This document shows, piece after piece, positions 27,971 to 32,000 of a stretch of 32,000 nucleotides of DNA. A program made the position numbers and the translations under genes. This stretch comes from Mycobacterium leprae TN (GTDB lineage Bacteria; Actinomycetota; Actinomycetes; Mycobacteriales; Mycobacteriaceae), in assembly GCF_000195855.1 (NCBI RefSeq), contig NC_002677.1, positions 870,001 through 902,000 on the forward strand, written 5' to 3'. Position 1 is the stretch's first letter; every line of letters starts with the position of its first letter. The notes below the pieces were generated by a model. That model did no database searches, was not told where the DNA came from, and saw nothing but the letters and a program-made list of their open reading frames with translations.

Positions 27971-29638
27971 CTACGATGGCGGACTGTCGAATGGTCGTCG
28001 CGAGATGTTCACCCGGGATCCCCGCTTGGTTCTGCGATCGCGCAGTGATGCCCAAGCCGTGCGACATTGAGCGACAAGGTCCGGCGACAAGCCTAGTCCG
28101 TCGATCAGCACCCGGCGATCCACGATGTCGAGTGCCTTTTCGATCTCGTTAGCCTTCAGTAGCAGATCGATGTCTTGGCCAAGTTCGGTGCTGGCATATG
28201 CCGGTGGGGGAATGGGCAGCTGCTCGGCTTCCCGGGGTTCGAGCTCTAAAATGCCTCCACCGTAACTGCGCCCCATGATCTCGGCAAAGGCGAAGGTGGC
28301 GCTGTTGTGGAACACTGCGGCAAGAGCGGTCGGGTCAACGTCGGCGATAAGGCGGACCCGATGCACGGTGTCGGTGCTGGTTGCGGCGGCGGCGTTGACG
28401 GTCAGCCGCGGCGCTAGGTGGATTTGGCGCAGCATGAACAGGTCGGGAATCCACAGCGACGGTGTGCTCCACCATGGCTTGCGAATGGAGCATTTGTAGC
28501 CCTTATCCACGCCGGCGCGCTTACCTGCGTCGATGTGTGTGACCAGGGCAGAATCTGTCGGGTGGTGCGGGGCGTCGAGCAGCCAAGTCCGGTGCTTGGC
28601 GGCGATATCGTTGGCCCGGCAGTTCGTGTCGTAGACGATGCCGGCCAGCTGGGTACTGCGAGAGACGAGCGGTACGCAGTGCTTGCGTAGCTTTAGGGCA
28701 TGCGCATCGGCGTCGGTGAAGGTGAAGAAGCTGTTGCGGCCGGTAACAATGCCCACATCCACATCGGCCACTTCGCCAAACCGGGTCATCGCGTTGGCAT
28801 GCTTGAGTTTTCGTAGCAATCGGATTTGCGCGGGGTCGAGTAAGTATTTGGTCCACTTTTCTTTTTCGTGCAGCAGCGCCGGAGCAGACTCGACGCCCAG
28901 GTTCGACTCTGCTAAAGAGTTAAGGGATTCTGCATCTCGGAGATTGATGGTGCGTATTTGCGCTGGGCCTGCACCGACGACACCGCAGAACAATACAACT
29001 TCTTGCAGGATGCCGTCGAACACCAACCGCTCGAAGGTCACGAGGATGATCTCCCGATAGAGGCTCAGCAGAAATTCGCGCAGCTGTGCCGCGTAGGTGA
29101 CTTGGAGTAGTTCTGCTGGAACGACTAGGCCCACCCGCCCGCCGTCGCGCACCAGCGTTGTGCTTGCCACGACGAACGGGACCCAAGCATTGGTCAATTT
29201 CGTTGGGCGCAGGCCCACATGCCTCATCAGTTCCAGCGCCGGATCCCGTTGGTCGGCTGCCCAGTTCCCGAAACGGATGTAGGGCGGGTTTCCGGCAACA
29301 CCGTCCCAGCTGCCTACTTGGGTCTTGCTCAACCAAGTGAAGAAGTTCTCGGTGTCGACCGAGCAGAATTTCCGGGACTTTCGCGCTTCATGCGCCAGCA
29401 GTTCTACACCGTGCGCCTGGGTGGTGAGTGCAGCGATCTCGCGGAGGATTCGGCCATCGCCGCAGGATGGCTCGAGGATCTTTTGCCCCGCCTGGCGAAC
29501 CCAACGGGCCAAAAATCGGGCAACGGGCGCCGGCGTGTAATAACCACCGCGAACTTTGTCGGCAGAGGCGGCCGTTTTGCCCGCGAACGTCGTCATGGAA
29601 CAAGTATCGGGGGCAGCACCGATATACGTGATCACCAT
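27971..29638 (-). CDS. mamA: N6-adenine DNA methyltransferase, MamA-like (Rv3263 orthologue)
   Basis: 555-aa intact ORF (possible internal start MTTFAGKTAASADKVRGGYYTP at 29596); SAM motif ILEPSCGDGRILREIA, catalytic GNPPYIRFG; position downstream of fbiB as in M. tuberculosis. Confidence 0.9.
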   Translation of the reverse strand: MVITYIGAAPDTCSMTTFAGKTAASADKVRGGYYTPAPVARFLARWVRQAGQKILEPSCGDGRILREIAALTTQAHGVELLAHEARKSRKFCSVDTENFFTWLSKTQVGSWDGVAGNPPYIRFGNWAADQRDPALELMRHVGLRPTKLTNAWVPFVVASTTLVRDGGRVGLVVPAELLQVTYAAQLREFLLSLYREIILVTFERLVFDGILQEVVLFCGVVGAGPAQIRTINLRDAESLNSLAESNLGVESAPALLHEKEKWTKYLLDPAQIRLLRKLKHANAMTRFGEVADVDVGIVTGRNSFFTFTDADAHALKLRKHCVPLVSRSTQLAGIVYDTNCRANDIAAKHRTWLLDAPHHPTDSALVTHIDAGKRAGVDKGYKCSIRKPWWSTPSLWIPDLFMLRQIHLAPRLTVNAAAATSTDTVHRVRLIADVDPTALAAVFHNSATFAFAEIMGRSYGGGILELEPREAEQLPIPPPAYASTELGQDIDLLLKANEIEKALDIVDRRVLIDGLGLSPDLVAQCRTAWASLRDRRTKRGSRVNISRRPFDSPPS

Positions 29639-29659
29639 CCATAGGGCGCGTCGAACAAC

Positions 29660-30361
29660 TTAGGTGGCATGAGGTGGGAGGCCCTGGAATCGGGCGTGGT
29701 ACGAGTGGTACATGTCGGTGTTGAATCGTTCGATCCGCAGTGGGCTCTGCGGGTCGGGCAGGTTGGAGTCGACTCGGCCGGTTACTGGATCCCAGGAGAC
29801 CAGACTCATTGCTTCTGCTCGATGGTCGGGCTCGTCCACAAGTTCTCGGTTACCCAGCCGAGCCAAGGCCCCGATGATGGCATTCGTTCGTGCTCCTGGA
29901 GCTAGGCACGGCGTTGGGATGGCGACCACAAATCCTACGACAGCGCTGGGAAACCGGCTGTGGACTGTGGTTGCCTCGGTTGCCAAATCGTTGATCATGT
30001 TCTGCCAGTTCTTCCCGACGCTGTCGTGATCGTTCAGCGTCTTGCTGTCAAACGCGATGCGCGCACCGTCCGGCCGGTAGCCCACATCGAAGTTCTGCGG
30101 GCGCACGCCGCCGACTATTCGCACGGCACCAACTTCCACACAATCGGGCTGCGATGGTTGCAACTGGCTGGCGGTGGGAACCACGATAGGGATGTTTCCG
30201 AGCATCACCGACAGTGCGCCCCCGACAGCCACGTCGATCAACGTGCCAAAGTCCATCCCGTCCTTCTTGGAAAACTTCGAGCTGAAGAGCCATTTTCGGC
30301 CGAAAGCGGTGAGCTCATCTTTGGGCAGGTTGATCCCAGGCATCGGCTGCAAGACGGCCAC
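29660..30361 (-). CDS. Hypothetical protein with possible PD-(D/E)XK nuclease core, 21 nt upstream of mamA-like gene
   Basis: 233-aa intact ORF; segment VRPQNFDVGYRPDGARIAFDSKTLNDHDSVGKNWQNMINDLATEATTVHSRFPSAVVGFVVAIP shows D...(hydrophobic)D-S-K followed by helix and beta strand. Confidence 0.8.
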   Translation of the reverse strand: MAVLQPMPGINLPKDELTAFGRKWLFSSKFSKKDGMDFGTLIDVAVGGALSVMLGNIPIVVPTASQLQPSQPDCVEVGAVRIVGGVRPQNFDVGYRPDGARIAFDSKTLNDHDSVGKNWQNMINDLATEATTVHSRFPSAVVGFVVAIPTPCLAPGARTNAIIGALARLGNRELVDEPDHRAEAMSLVSWDPVTGRVDSNLPDPQSPLRIERFNTDMYHSYHARFQGLPPHAT

Positions 30362-30392
30362 GGGTGCGAAGCTTAATCGCCGCAGTGAGGAT

Positions 30393-31766
30393 TCATTTGC
30401 GTAGCAACAGGTCGGCGACCCTTACCGGTTCGCGTAAATCGGTCGGCTCGTGAGCATACCCGATCGCGATGGCGCCCAACGGCTCCCAGTCGGCTGGTAG
30501 TTCGAGCTCGGCGCGGACCAGGTCGTCGGCGAAGATCGTTGAGCCAATCCAGCAACTTCCCAGCCCGCGCACCGCCAACGCGACCAGCAGGGCTTGCACC
30601 GCTGCTCCGACAGCGACAATGAACATTGTATGCTCGGCACTGGCACGGGCGGCGTCGGGGTAGGCATGTGCGCCGTCGGGAACCATGAAGGGAATGATGA
30701 CCTCGGGTGCGTCGTAGAGGATCTGGCCGCGCGCCACACGCTGTGCTATTGCGTCGGCGGGCAAGGCGTCACTGGCGAGGTCTAAGCGCCACTTGTCGGC
30801 CATCCGGTCTAGCAGCCGGGTCCGGACAGCCGGGGTTTGTAGCCACACAAACCGTACCGGCCGGGTGTGGTGTGGGGCTGGGGCGGTGAGGGCCTCGGCC
30901 ACGGCTGTTTCGATGAGCTCCGCTGCTATTGGTTCATCGCTGAACTGGCGCACTGACCTGCGCAAGAGTTGGGCTTGTTGGCGACCCAGCTCGAGGGCTT
31001 CGGTGGTACCGAGCCAGAACAGGTCGTCGGGGCCATTTCGCAGCAGGTGCTGTGCGGTCGAGCCGTCGTCAGTCGGGCTAAGGCCGCGCACTACGGCCAC
31101 CGGCATCGCAGTCAATTTGCCCTTGACCAGATCGGTGGCCGCCGCGACCTCGTCGGCCACCGCGATTTCGGTGACCACTAACTCGTTGCCGTAGCGGTCG
31201 ACGGCACCCGAATAGTTGTGCAGCACAGCCAAACCAGCCGCACCTATCGCGACGTCGGTCTGGCCATTGCGCCAAGCGCGGCCCATCGTATCAGTGATGA
31301 CCACCGCGACGTTGACGCCGAGCATCGCGCGCAACCCAATGCGCAGCACTGCGGCGCTGGCGTCGGGATTGACAGGTAGCAGCGCGAGTTCGCCCCGGCC
31401 GACGTTAGATCCGTCCACACCGGCGGCAGCTTGCACCAGCCCGAGCCCGTTCTCGATGATCAAGGTTCTGCCTTTGCGTGCCAGCACGCGTATCGTTTCA
31501 TCGTTGATTAACTTGCGGCGCAGTTCATTTCGTCCTCTAGTATCCTCGGGAGCCGGGACCAGCCGACCCTCGCACTTGGATACCACCTTGCTGGTAACCA
31601 CCACGACGTCGCCGTCGCGCAGCCACGGTGCGGCCGCGGCGAGCGCGGCACTCAGATCGTCGCCGGGACGGAATTCGGGAAGCCCGGCGACAGGAAGGAT
31701 CTCGATCGTCGAGGCGGTGCCATGCTCAGGCGACGGTGCAGAGCGGTGCGAATCCGAACTGGTCAC
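30393..31766 (-). CDS. fbiB: F420-0:gamma-glutamyl ligase FbiB (CofE + nitroreductase-like domain)
   Basis: 457-aa intact ORF; [67 protein letters not shown]-terminal nitroreductase region. Confidence 0.96.
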   Translation of the reverse strand: MTSSDSHRSAPSPEHGTASTIEILPVAGLPEFRPGDDLSAALAAAAPWLRDGDVVVVTSKVVSKCEGRLVPAPEDTRGRNELRRKLINDETIRVLARKGRTLIIENGLGLVQAAAGVDGSNVGRGELALLPVNPDASAAVLRIGLRAMLGVNVAVVITDTMGRAWRNGQTDVAIGAAGLAVLHNYSGAVDRYGNELVVTEIAVADEVAAATDLVKGKLTAMPVAVVRGLSPTDDGSTAQHLLRNGPDDLFWLGTTEALELGRQQAQLLRRSVRQFSDEPIAAELIETAVAEALTAPAPHHTRPVRFVWLQTPAVRTRLLDRMADKWRLDLASDALPADAIAQRVARGQILYDAPEVIIPFMVPDGAHAYPDAARASAEHTMFIVAVGAAVQALLVALAVRGLGSCWIGSTIFADDLVRAELELPADWEPLGAIAIGYAHEPTDLREPVRVADLLLRK

Positions 31767-32000
31767 GCCGACACGCCCGCGAGCTGAAGCCCGATGTTAA
31801 CCATGTCAGCCGTTGTCTTCGGGCTGCTCATCAGCAGCGGTATCGACCGCACCGCGACCCCCTCGATTTCAGCGTGGTCGTCTTCGTGTACCAGCCAGCA
31901 GTCCAGAATCCCGGTGGTGCGGCGCGCTCCATAATGCTGGCCCACTGCCGTTGCTGTGGATTGTACCCCGATCACTGTGAGACATTTATCGGCCATGCCG
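31763..32000 (-). CDS. fbiA: FbiA (CofD-like 2-phospho-L-lactate transferase), C-terminal end only, truncated by window edge
   Basis: Ends ..[49 protein letters not shown], overlapping fbiB start by 4 nt; true start lies beyond 32000. Confidence 0.88.
   Translation of the reverse strand, partial: GMADKCLTVIGVQSTATAVGQHYGARRTTGILDCWLVHEDDHAEIEGVAVRSIPLLMSSPKTTADMVNIGLQLAGVSA

Noticed and set aside
29219-29644. 141-aa plus-strand ORF antisense to the mamA-like gene
   Set aside because: Overlaps the conserved catalytic region of an intact gene on the other strand; no independent support.

Overview
The window is a mycobacterial chromosome segment, almost certainly Mycobacterium leprae or a very close relative. 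This rests on protein similarity recalled from memory, gene order matching the inverted M. tuberculosis Rv3283-Rv3261 interval, and extreme pseudogene content. Intact genes fall in three blocks. Block 1 (28-9022): sseA, maf, accE5, accD5, birA, a PH-domain membrane protein, a GtrA-like protein, purK, purE, fadE25. Block 2 (18793-26553): ctpC, an Rv3269-like gene, a broken Rv3268-like gene, a LytR-CpsA-Psr gene, rmlD, wbbL, manB/manC. Block 3 (27971-32000): a mamA-like adenine methyltransferase, an uncharacterised ORF, fbiB, 3' end of fbiA. Between blocks 1 and 2, about 9.3-18.75 kb is a graveyard. I could reconstruct from frame-hopping translations a decayed pstC1-pstS1-pstB / pstS2-pknD locus, an Rv3272-like CoA-transferase, a TIGR00027-type SAM methyltransferase and a cation-transporter-like gene. 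The most interesting signals are: (i) a perfect 60-bp spacerless palindrome at 5249-5308 inside the GtrA-like CDS; (ii) an intact ORF (29660-30361) immediately upstream of the supposedly orphan MamA-type methyltransferase, with a PD-(D/E)XK-like pattern, which could be a cognate nuclease; (iii) decayed DUF559/AbiEi-like and NUDIX genes beside it; (iv) specific gene-inactivating lesions (lost start codons, single-base frameshifts). Homology calls are by recall and motif reading; no database search was run.
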